DNA of 64,000 nt from Cyclobacteriaceae bacterium (GTDB taxonomy: Bacteria > Bacteroidota > Bacteroidia > Cytophagales > Cyclobacteriaceae), in NCBI GenBank assembly GCA_050250195.1, contig JBFWPC010000011.1, positions 8,164 through 72,163 of the forward strand, given 5' to 3'. Shown one piece after another: positions 1 through 7,647 of the stretch. The first letter of the stretch is position 1; each line of letters begins with the position of its first letter. The position numbers and the translations under genes were made by a program. Below the pieces are notes generated by a model. It made no database searches, was not told where the DNA came from, and saw only the letters and a list, made by a program, of their open reading frames with translations.

Positions 1-129
1 TTCTTCGGGCACTGACCCAAGGATGGCGACTGCTGCCCGGCCGATTCTCACCACGCCTGCCGTATGCGAACTTGACGGGCCAATCATTATCGGGCCGATC
101 ATATCAAAAACGCTACTTTTTTCAGGCAT
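1..129 (-). CDS. L-serine dehydratase (Fe-S dependent, alpha-chain type), N-terminal 43 codons only; gene continues past the window start
   Basis: Hand translation of the minus strand from ATG at 129 gives [43 protein letters not shown]. [15 protein letters not shown] is the conserved N-terminal motif of serine dehydratase alpha chains. It is absent from the ORF track because it is truncated. Confidence 0.6.
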   Translation of the reverse strand, partial: MPEKSSVFDMIGPIMIGPSSSHTAGVVRIGRAAVAILGSVPEE

Positions 130-308
130 ATTCTAGCTTCAATACGGAATTAGTCGACAAAAGGATGTGGGTACTACATAATTCTGATCCGCGGCTGCGA
201 AAATAGGTCAATACCCTTAGAAAAAGTTACAATGAATGCCAAAAATAAGGTATCAGGGCAAAAATACCCATACCTGAAACTGTAGCACCTTGTACGCGGG
301 GGAGATAC

Positions 309-1103
309 TTATACGGCTATGGGCGCCTTGATCGAAGGGTGGGAACGATAGTTGACAATCTCAAAATCCTCGAACTGGTACCCGAACAACGTGGGCGGCT
401 TCCGCTTGATGATCAACTTCGGCAGCGGGTAGGGAGATCGCGACAACTGTTCTCTCGCCTGTTCAAGGTGATTCGTATACAGGTGCGTGTCACCCCCGGT
501 CCAAATAAATTCTCCCGGTTGCAGATCGCACTGCTGCGCCACCATTTCTGTCAGCAGGGCATAGCTGGCAATATTGAAAGGTACGCCCAGGAAATAATCA
601 GCCGAGCGCTGATACAACTGGCATGATAGCTTGCCATCGGCCACATAAAATTGAAACAACGCGTGGCACGGGGGCAAGGCCATCTGATCGACTTCTGCGG
701 GATTCCAGGCGGTTACAATGTGCCGTCTTGAATCAGGTTTTGTTTTGATTTGCTCCAGCACTTTTGATATCTGGTCGATCGAGCCGCCATTCGGTGCAGG
801 CCAACTGCGCCACTGGCTGCCGTACACCGGGCCGAGGTCGCCATTCTCATCGGCCCACTCGTCCCAGATGGTTACTTTATGATCATTGAGATACTTGATG
901 TTGGTGTCCCCATTCAAAAACCAGAGCAGTTCATAAATGATGGAGCGGAGGTGGAGTTTTTTTGTGGTGACAAGTGGGAATCCCTGAGAGAGGTCGAAAC
1001 GCATCTGACGACCGAAGACAGACAGCGTGCCCGTACCCGTGCGGTCGGTTTTGCGGGTGCCGTTGTCGAGGATGTCCTGCATTAAATCCAGGTATGGCTT
1101 CAT
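309..1103 (-). CDS. thyA: thymidylate synthase
   Basis: 264 aa. Classic ThyA sequence (MKPYLDLM..., [24 protein letters not shown], ends PIAV). Confidence 0.97.
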   Translation of the reverse strand: MKPYLDLMQDILDNGTRKTDRTGTGTLSVFGRQMRFDLSQGFPLVTTKKLHLRSIIYELLWFLNGDTNIKYLNDHKVTIWDEWADENGDLGPVYGSQWRSWPAPNGGSIDQISKVLEQIKTKPDSRRHIVTAWNPAEVDQMALPPCHALFQFYVADGKLSCQLYQRSADYFLGVPFNIASYALLTEMVAQQCDLQPGEFIWTGGDTHLYTNHLEQAREQLSRSPYPLPKLIIKRKPPTLFGYQFEDFEIVNYRSHPSIKAPIAV

Positions 1104-1141
1104 GGGTAGTGGTTGAGCTTAAAAGAACAAATATAATAAGA

Positions 1142-1208
1142 CTGGATACTGGATTCTAGATGCTGGGTTCTGGATTCTGGATGCTGGATGCTGGATGCTG
1201 GTTTCTGG
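1142..1208. repeat. degenerate short-period tandem repeat, CTGGAT(G/T/A)-like units
   Basis: The sequence reads ctggatactggattctagatgctgggttctggattctggatgctggatgctggatgctggtttctgg. It lies in the intergenic gap after the thyA start. Confidence 0.8.
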
Positions 1209-1210
1209 TC

Positions 1211-1320
1211 CGGTTGCTTACACTACTCTGCACGGGTGCTTACTCGCAAAGGTCCGGCTGCCTACACTACTCTGCACGGGTGCTTACTCGCAAAGGTCCG
1301 GCTGCTTAACTCTACTGTCC
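1211..1320. repeat. 44-bp tandem direct repeat, about 2.3 units
   Basis: cggYtgcYtacactactctgcacgggtgcttactcgcaaaggtc occurs at 1211 and 1255. A third partial unit starts at 1299. Confidence 0.85.
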
Positions 1321-1355
1321 CGGCCAGGAGGTTGTGTTTGGTGTGGTCAGATTTG

Positions 1356-2942
1356 CTAATCGCTATGACGAGCACTGACTGGCTCAGGCATCTTCCGCTT
1401 CTTGAGCGGAAATTCAAAGCCGAAGCGCACGTTGAACCGGCTTAAATAAGGGCTGCTATCGCGGTCGTCAAAGACATTGTACGTGAATTGGAAGTTTCCT
1501 TTCACACCCTTCATAAACTGGTAATCCTTCTTGATACCCAGGAAGACGCTCCACACCCAGTCGTGGCGATCCGGGTCGCTGCCTGTGCCCCCCAGCGTGG
1601 GTGGCATATAGGTGTGCAACTGTTCTACGTCTGCACGAAAAGAAATCCCCTTTTTCCAACGGAAGCTCACATAGGTGCGTGGACCGTAAATCCGGTCTGC
1701 CCTGGTGAGGCGTAATTTTTTTCCGATGCCCACACGCTCGTTCCAGCCAAGTCCAGCCGTGAGGCGGCCGCTGATTCTATAGCCTAGCGAAGGACTGTAA
1801 TCCAGAAGCACGCGCTCTGAATTTTGTACCTGAAAAGTAATTCCCGGCACCAGGCGTTCCACAGAAGGCTTTCCTCTCATCTCGTTTGGTCTGCGCTTGG
1901 GAACGTCTTTGAGGCTGGTGAGTTCACTGTACTTCGATTTATATTTCGAAACCTGATCCATTGCCTGCTTGAGAACCGCCTCCTGACCGGCAAAATGGTT
2001 TTTTGCCAACTTGGGAAGTTGTTGTATAGCTTGTTCTTTCAGGGCCTTTGGATCGTTGCCCATGGCTGCCATTTCTTTGTACCCATCCAGTGCCTGCGTT
2101 TGCTCCTGGAAGCCCTGCAGCTCATCCAACTTCATCGCCTGTTGCTCCAATGTTTGAGGCAACTGCTCCACCTGTTCGAGGTTACCACTGGCTATGTTCT
2201 TCACGTCTGCAGAGTACCCTTGTACCTGACCGGTGACCTCGCCAACCTGACCGAGCGTCTGCTGCACCTGTGATAACTCGTCTGCTCCTGGCAACTTTTC
2301 TTTGAGGTTTGGTAAGTCCGGTCCATTCATGCTGAGGTTGGCACTACCTGGTAGCTCTCCATTCAGGTTGGGAACAGGTGTGTTTGGAAATTGATCATCC
2401 ACGCCCGGCAGATCTACATTGCCGGGCAAGTTGGCATCGAATCCACCTTCAGAGCGCATGAGGTTCAACTTCTCATTCACTTCGCTCTCCACGGCATTTA
2501 GGGGTTGATTCAATTTCTGTTGCACCTGAGATACTTTTGACTCGGCTTTTTGCAGCTGCTGCATCGGTTTTGATTGCTTTAGGCTATCCAGCAGGCGAGT
2601 GTAGGCCTCCGTAGGTTGACCGAGCATCGTCAGGCTGTCGATCTTGAATTGTACACGGACAGTGATCGAATCCAACTTAGTGCCGGGAACTTGAGTAACG
2701 AGTGCTATAGAATCGATTTTGTTTCCTGCCTGCGAAACGGCATTTGCAAGGCTGTCTGTTCTTGATTTGGTAAGGGCGGTTATTGAATCAAGGCTCTTTA
2801 ACTCAACTGTCAGGACCGAATCGGCCTTGAGGCGCAAGGTATCGGACTGCCCAGCACCAAGGAAAGGTAGTAACAGGCCTACCCCAACAACCGCTGTCCT
2901 GACTGAGGTCAAAATAGTTGCTAAATTGCCAAGCCCTTTCAC
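1356..2942 (-). CDS. hypothetical secreted protein with a long Q/L-rich coiled-coil region and a C-terminal beta-rich (possibly membrane-embedded) domain
   Basis: 528-aa ORF with a hydrophobic N-terminus. Heptad-like Q/E/K-rich middle region. C-terminal 170 aa show an alternating aromatic/hydrophilic pattern. No family recognised. Confidence 0.7.
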   Translation of the reverse strand: MKGLGNLATILTSVRTAVVGVGLLLPFLGAGQSDTLRLKADSVLTVELKSLDSITALTKSRTDSLANAVSQAGNKIDSIALVTQVPGTKLDSITVRVQFKIDSLTMLGQPTEAYTRLLDSLKQSKPMQQLQKAESKVSQVQQKLNQPLNAVESEVNEKLNLMRSEGGFDANLPGNVDLPGVDDQFPNTPVPNLNGELPGSANLSMNGPDLPNLKEKLPGADELSQVQQTLGQVGEVTGQVQGYSADVKNIASGNLEQVEQLPQTLEQQAMKLDELQGFQEQTQALDGYKEMAAMGNDPKALKEQAIQQLPKLAKNHFAGQEAVLKQAMDQVSKYKSKYSELTSLKDVPKRRPNEMRGKPSVERLVPGITFQVQNSERVLLDYSPSLGYRISGRLTAGLGWNERVGIGKKLRLTRADRIYGPRTYVSFRWKKGISFRADVEQLHTYMPPTLGGTGSDPDRHDWVWSVFLGIKKDYQFMKGVKGNFQFTYNVFDDRDSSPYLSRFNVRFGFEFPLKKRKMPEPVSARHSD

Positions 2943-3146
2943 TCAGTAAAGGTAGTTAAATAACTGCAGTTAAATAGGGGTTTTATATGCCAGCTATTAC
3001 TTCATAGCCATCAAAAGCCAAGCGGTTGGGTTAGTGGAAAAAAATCTTGTTCGGATAGCAACTGCGCACGGATGACCATCCCTCAATCCCTACCCACAAC
3101 ATCCGCGCCAGTGTGGGGGCATCCTTGCAGGACACTCTGCACTGAA

Positions 3147-3758
3147 TTAATGATTAGAAGCCTTAGCTAGTGTTTCGGAGAATGGTATTTGTGAATATTT
3201 TAGAAAGACCTTATCCGGATACGAAAAATTTAGAACGCATTCTGATTCGTTTTTAAGGGCACGACCTTGAACATCTCTCAATTGCTCCTTTTTAAGGACT
3301 GCCCCTCCCTTCTTATCGTAATAAACGACCTTTTCAGATACTAATGGGTCTTCGCTACAGTTGGAGTCGAAAAAAGTAATCTTCTTCTTGTAAGCAATCG
3401 TATTTCCATCTCTGTCAAAATAATGAGAAACTGTGACTCGGTAATCCCCGGATTCAATAAACGGTACTCCAATGAGTGCAATCACTTTATTTTCCCTAAA
3501 AACGACATTATACATATAGTTATACCGTTTGTCATTCATACTGTCCAATGAATAAACTCTTTGAGGCATCGAACTCATTGACGATTGAGTAAATATTTTT
3601 ACAGCACCTAAATCTTTGTTTTGAACTAATTCTTGGGTAAGAGAGATAATTTTATCAGCCTTGTCAATTCTGTTTTGGGAGGAACCGGTACATGCCATCA
3701 AACAAAAACCAAAATGCACGAATACAATAAAGACCCAGTTTCTGCGGCTATTTTTCAT
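3147..3758 (-). CDS. lipoprotein, putative immunity protein for the orphan CT2 toxin
   Basis: 203 aa with signal peptide and lipobox (FGFCLMAC). The start overlaps the CT2 stop by 11 nt. AT-rich composition, typical of Rhs tip/immunity cassettes. Confidence 0.7.
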   Translation of the reverse strand: MKNSRRNWVFIVFVHFGFCLMACTGSSQNRIDKADKIISLTQELVQNKDLGAVKIFTQSSMSSMPQRVYSLDSMNDKRYNYMYNVVFRENKVIALIGVPFIESGDYRVTVSHYFDRDGNTIAYKKKITFFDSNCSEDPLVSEKVVYYDKKGGAVLKKEQLRDVQGRALKNESECVLNFSYPDKVFLKYSQIPFSETLAKASNH

Positions 3759-4524
3759 CCTCTTTCTTCTTGACAGTTATGGTTTCAGTTCTTTTCACTT
3801 TTGTATCATCAACAGTCTTGTTAGTACTACCATCAACCTGTGTTTGATTAGCGTCACGGATTGATTTAAAGTTTTCATCAGTACCCCTCTTGTCGATATG
3901 GACTCTGTCAGGATCATTGAAATCTCCTCCATATCTCCAATCTTTTTCTTTTACTTTCTTGATGAATGCATGATCTGATTTCAGATTCTTATTCTTTGAT
4001 TCTAATCCCTTCGAGACATCGTTATCCGTGTAAATGTTGAAATCTATAGCAAGCCCAGCATTATGGGGACTATTCCCAGCGGAAGCTGGTGTAATCGCAT
4101 CCTTGCTTCCACCCAGTTCTTCTTGCTTTTTATTTGTTCTAAATGAACTATTAATGTGTATATAAGTTCCTGTTTCAACCGCATCCCCAAGTATATCTTG
4201 AACATCACTAAAAATTGTGTGATCAATGTACACTGTACTCTCTCCTTTAATATATCCAGATTCATCATTAATCGTTACTTTGATAAGGCTATCCCCTTTA
4301 TGATCAATAAATATTAATGGATTATTAGCTCCATACTGATAAGGATTAATTGGGTAATACTTTTCTGAGAATCTATCTGGAGTAAAAAACCTTCCGATTT
4401 CTGGTAAATACATCCTAGCCCCGTAGTCTAACCAATCAATTCCTAGCTCATCCTGCTTCTCTTTTCCATTGTAGAGGTATTGATTAGCAACCGAGTTCTC
4501 TCTCTGGTACGAGTTAAACGTCAA
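3748..4524 (-). CDS. orphan (displaced) Rhs C-terminal cassette CT2: RHS-associated core domain plus VanY/M15-like (LAS) peptidase toxin domain
   Basis: It begins inside the conserved Rhs motif (YYPFGL)TFNSYQRENS...YGARMYLPEIGRFFTPD. There is no ATG (TTG in the track). The C-terminal half has SPHNAGLAID (SxHxxGxAxD) and DRVHID motifs typical of M15 D-Ala-D-Ala carboxypeptidase-like enzymes. Confidence 0.75.
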   Translation of the reverse strand: MTFNSYQRENSVANQYLYNGKEKQDELGIDWLDYGARMYLPEIGRFFTPDRFSEKYYPINPYQYGANNPLIFIDHKGDSLIKVTINDESGYIKGESTVYIDHTIFSDVQDILGDAVETGTYIHINSSFRTNKKQEELGGSKDAITPASAGNSPHNAGLAIDFNIYTDNDVSKGLESKNKNLKSDHAFIKKVKEKDWRYGGDFNDPDRVHIDKRGTDENFKSIRDANQTQVDGSTNKTVDDTKVKRTETITVKKKEDEK

Positions 4525-4539
4525 ACCAAATGGATAATA
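4507..4539. repeat. att-like site A (gtacgagttaaaCgtcaaAccaaatggataata); the minus strand encodes YYPFGLTFNSY
   Basis: It differs at 2 positions (4519, 4525) from the identical copies at 12621-12653 and 20735-20767. The element sequence starts at 4540. Confidence 0.85.
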
Positions 4540-4744
4540 AACTACACCACTTTTCCGACACCTTCACAGACCCCCTGCAGCACCTTTTCAAAGAACTTTT
4601 TGCAAGTCATAACTCGCAGGTTAAAGATAGGTTTTTCTTCTTTCAATTGAAAAAAAGAAAGGCCGAGTTCCGAGGCATTTTTGTGGACAAAAATACATCT
4701 TGCTGCTGCCCATTTCCGGCAGCTTACAAAGCAAAAAGAGAAGC

Positions 4745-4924
4745 TCAGGGCTTCTCCTTTATGGACTTCACTTCATCGGCAAAAACGGTTGCTACCTTTT
4801 CGTCCTGCAGGTCGGGGAACTCCTGTTTTACGGCTTCTACTTCCTGGTCATTGAGCAACCGGGCTTCTCCGTTATCATCGTTGTGGATCGCCCATCCGTT
4901 GGAGTACTTTCTGATGTAATACAT
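4745..4924 (-). CDS. small hypothetical protein (59 aa) next to the element end
   Basis: Hand translation gives MYYIRKYSNGWAIHNDDNGEARLLNDQEVEAVKQEFPDLQDEKVATVFADEVKSIKEKP*. It falls below the ORF-track cutoff and runs in the same direction as the integrases. No family recognised. Confidence 0.45.
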   Translation of the reverse strand: MYYIRKYSNGWAIHNDDNGEARLLNDQEVEAVKQEFPDLQDEKVATVFADEVKSIKEKP

Positions 4925-5015
4925 AGCTGATTTGGTTTAGAGTTTAAAAGACATTTCCTAAAAGAAAAAACAGAAAAAAAGAAAGCGCTTCATCCAGGTG
5001 GCGGGGCAGACGGAA

Positions 5016-5660
5016 GCAAGGTTTTTGAAGAAAAAATTTTTACCCCTTATCAATCAAGCACATCAAAAATTTTTTCTTCAAAACCCGCAGGGCTTGACCT
5101 TGCTTGCGGCTGAACCGTCCACCTACCTTTGTGCGTCTTTTTTTGATGTTGTCTTTACCTGTATTTCACTTCCGGCATCCAGCCGGTTTTAACAACACAC
5201 CTGGCTATCCGATGAACTTTCCTACAACGCTCCATCACGGTGAGTACCCATGCGCGCCCGAGCAGGCGTACGGGGGTTGCGGGGGGAGCCTGCGAGGAAC
5301 AAGGCGCGCACGAACAATGGGGCATGGCTGGCGACCGCTTTCCCCCCGCAAAAAATTTCCGCCAGCCATGACCGTGCAAGCACAAGTTGTGAAGCGAGTG
5401 GAATGACTGAGGCACGAAGGAATGGAACGTCCGAGGTACACAAGGCATGACAAAAGCGTAATGGAAGTAGGTAAAATAAATGTTCATCAATCAACGTGGT
5501 GGCGGTGTGACGAAGCAAACACCTTTTTCTTTTTCAACTGAAGTTTACTTTGGCACACGGCCACACCATTCGTCCATTTATTTTACTTACTGTAATGAAG
5601 CTTTTGGCGTGACTTGTGTTCCGAGGCCTGAACAACTTGTGCGCAGCACTCCGCTTCTAC
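5016..5660. repeat. structured non-coding region: nested inverted repeats and GC-rich hairpins (candidate ncRNA, ori or recombination arm region)
   Basis: A perfect 19-bp inverted repeat lies at 5023-5041/5065-5083. An 8-bp GC inverted repeat lies at 5251-5258/5303-5310, with an inner gcaggc/gcctgc pair. An 11-bp perfect inverted repeat lies at 5323-5333/5360-5370. Imperfect 52-nt arms at 5431-5482/5575-5626 match at about 39/52 positions. The outer pair is 5380-5390/5632-5642. Confidence 0.6.
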
Positions 5661-5725
5661 CTTGAGGCATGCCGAAGGATGCCAGGCGAGGGTCGGTATG
5701 TGCGCGGGAAGCAGGGTCGGCCGGA

Positions 5726-6613
5726 TCACTGCAATGGATGGTACTTCCTGAGTTGCTCTTGCAGATCTTCTAAATGGGTGGCCTGATATTTTTCCGTGGT
5801 ACTGACGTATTTGTGTCCGCTCATGTATTGAACGACTCGTATATCATTCTTTCGTGTCCACTCGGCTATCGTGCTGGCTCTGATCTGACTGGCATGTTTT
5901 ACCTTCTCATGTTTCAATCGCTTCATCATCCAACCAACTTCTCCGGCAAGTCTTGTCGCTCCTTCCATACCAATGATCAGTTGTTTGATCTTCTCCGGAT
6001 CAGTCACTTTTGGCCCGTATAAAATCCGGTTCCTTGTCTTGTTCAAGTACTCTTGCAACTCAAACACCTGGCTTGCTTCCAGCTTCAATACCCTTTCATT
6101 CGTCCGGTCTGTCCCAGGGATTTTTATTTTTCCTTCCCGTAAGTTGATGTGCCGTGGTTCGAGTAGTTCAAGTTCTTCTATCGTCACAGCCTGGAAGATT
6201 AGTAAGCTAAGTATTACTTTGTTCCGTTGATCTCTGATATCGGTTACCTGATAATTTTCGTACAACTTCATCAGCTCGTCATACTCAACCAGGTCATGGG
6301 GTAATCTCCTGGCTATGCCTCTGATGTAAACGCCTTGTGCCGGATTGCTTTTTACCTTCCACGTCTTTACCAGGTAATGGAAGTAATGCCGTATCGCCAA
6401 TAACTGATGTTGAACGTTGGTTTTACTTTTACCTTTTTTATGACTGTATTTGATATAGTTCATCAGGTCTGCATAGCGGATGTTCTCGACCGGATAGTGA
6501 TGTTTGTCTATCCACTCCAAAAATTCCTTGATCCCATTCTCGTAAATCCGGATTGTACTTTCTGAGAACTCTTTTCCCGTTAAGTAGTCTTTAAAGCTTT
6601 TCATGGATGACAT
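5726..6613 (-). CDS. tyrosine recombinase/integrase paralog B, with apparently degenerate active-site boxes
   Basis: 295 aa with an N-terminal SAM-like domain. The C-terminus has ...SQIRASTIA...GHKYVSTTEKY. Box I reads AVTIEEL where GLRxxEL is expected. Confidence 0.8.
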   Translation of the reverse strand: MSSMKSFKDYLTGKEFSESTIRIYENGIKEFLEWIDKHHYPVENIRYADLMNYIKYSHKKGKSKTNVQHQLLAIRHYFHYLVKTWKVKSNPAQGVYIRGIARRLPHDLVEYDELMKLYENYQVTDIRDQRNKVILSLLIFQAVTIEELELLEPRHINLREGKIKIPGTDRTNERVLKLEASQVFELQEYLNKTRNRILYGPKVTDPEKIKQLIIGMEGATRLAGEVGWMMKRLKHEKVKHASQIRASTIAEWTRKNDIRVVQYMSGHKYVSTTEKYQATHLEDLQEQLRKYHPLQ

Positions 6614-7487
6614 GGGTATAAATTTGTGTTGCTTCCAGTGAACGGTGTCCTAAAAATTTTGCAATGTGCGCCAGCTTCATTCCGCTTTGCAAAAGATGTG
6701 TAGCAATGCTGTGCCGTAATGTATGTAAGCCGATATCCTTTTCGATCTTCGATAACCTGGCAAGTCTTCTCAACCGGATCAGTAAACTTTGTCCTCGTAT
6801 GCGATAGCCTTTGTCACTGACTAGCAATGCAGGGATTTTGTTTCTGGTCATCAAAAATGGTCTGCTGTGATCCAGGTAATCTTTGATGTGCTGCAGGGTT
6901 GTTTCACCTGCCGGCACGTATCGTTCCTTGTAGTTCTTTCCTTTTCGCACATACACGAGCTGGCTGTTAAAATCTATGTCGCTTACATCGAGCTGCACCC
7001 CTTCATTTCTTCTTAAACCACAACCGTAAAAAATTCCCAGCATCACCTTATCACGCAAGCCAAGTACACTTCCGTCCGTGGCTTTGTAAAGCTCTTTCAC
7101 TTCGGCTGTGGTCAGGATATCAGGCACGTGTCGTTTCTCCGGGAGTCGCTCGGTCTCCACTGTAAAGCTTCCTCGATCGGTTTGTCTCACGAACTGGCTC
7201 AGCAAGACCAGGGCCTGGTGATATTTGTTGATGTGACCAGTGCTTAGCTTTCCGCCATGTTTGGCATGTGGCCGCTTCTTCAGTTGAAAAATAAAATCGT
7301 GAACGTGTTGTGCTGTTATCTCCCGGACTTTCTTGACCTCTTCACTTTCCAGCCAGTGAAAAAATTCGTGCATGTACAGTGGCATGTTGTACACGGTGTT
7401 TTCGGCATAGCCTAACAGTGCAAGCCATTCTTTAAAGTCGAGTTCCAGCTCACGGTATGCATAGGTATTCAAGGGTAGATTTTTCAT
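6591..7487 (-). CDS. tyrosine recombinase/integrase A (canonical catalytic residues)
   Basis: 298 aa with GCGLRRNE (box I Arg), HTLRHSIATHLL, GHRSLEATQIYTH (His/Tyr). It overlaps integrase B by 23 nt. Confidence 0.9.
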   Translation of the reverse strand: MKNLPLNTYAYRELELDFKEWLALLGYAENTVYNMPLYMHEFFHWLESEEVKKVREITAQHVHDFIFQLKKRPHAKHGGKLSTGHINKYHQALVLLSQFVRQTDRGSFTVETERLPEKRHVPDILTTAEVKELYKATDGSVLGLRDKVMLGIFYGCGLRRNEGVQLDVSDIDFNSQLVYVRKGKNYKERYVPAGETTLQHIKDYLDHSRPFLMTRNKIPALLVSDKGYRIRGQSLLIRLRRLARLSKIEKDIGLHTLRHSIATHLLQSGMKLAHIAKFLGHRSLEATQIYTHVIHEKL

Positions 7488-7540
7488 GCTACTTGGTTTA
7501 TGGTTAGTAAAAATTTTGGATTCTCCTTATACACCCTTTC

Positions 7541-7645
7541 TGGGACGCGGGACGCCAGACACGTTTTCTTCATTTGCTGATTGTTCTGGCCGATTCTTGC
7601 CTGTTCTGGCGTCCCATCTGGCGTCCCAGGTGTTTGGGACGCCAA
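7541..7645. promoter_or_regulatory. iteron-like cluster of GGGACGC(C)/GGCGTCCC motifs between primase-helicase and integrase A
   Basis: gggacgc is at 7542 and gggacgcc at 7549. tggcgtccc is at about 7607 and 7618. gggacgcc is at 7636. ttctggc is also repeated. That makes five motif copies within about 100 bp. Confidence 0.55.
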
Positions 7646-7647
7646 GA

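Noticed and set aside
1211-1320. Possible CRISPR array
   Set aside because: The 44-bp units are directly adjacent with no unique spacers. There are only about 2.3 copies and no cas genes in the window.
4530-4919. 129-aa plus-strand ORF (133 aa at 12632-13033) crossing the att junction
   Set aside because: It runs antisense to the better-formed 59-aa ORF and reads through the att site. The sequence is Ser/Phe/Cys-rich with no motif, and the start differs between copies only because of flank sequence.
5104-5518. Cluster of overlapping 66-111-aa ORFs on both strands (and the copy at 13218-13632)
   Set aside because: They overlap each other in several frames within a GC-rich, hairpin-dense segment. 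The translations are Arg/Pro/Ala/Gly-rich and carry no recognisable motif. I treat the region as non-coding structured DNA or RNA.
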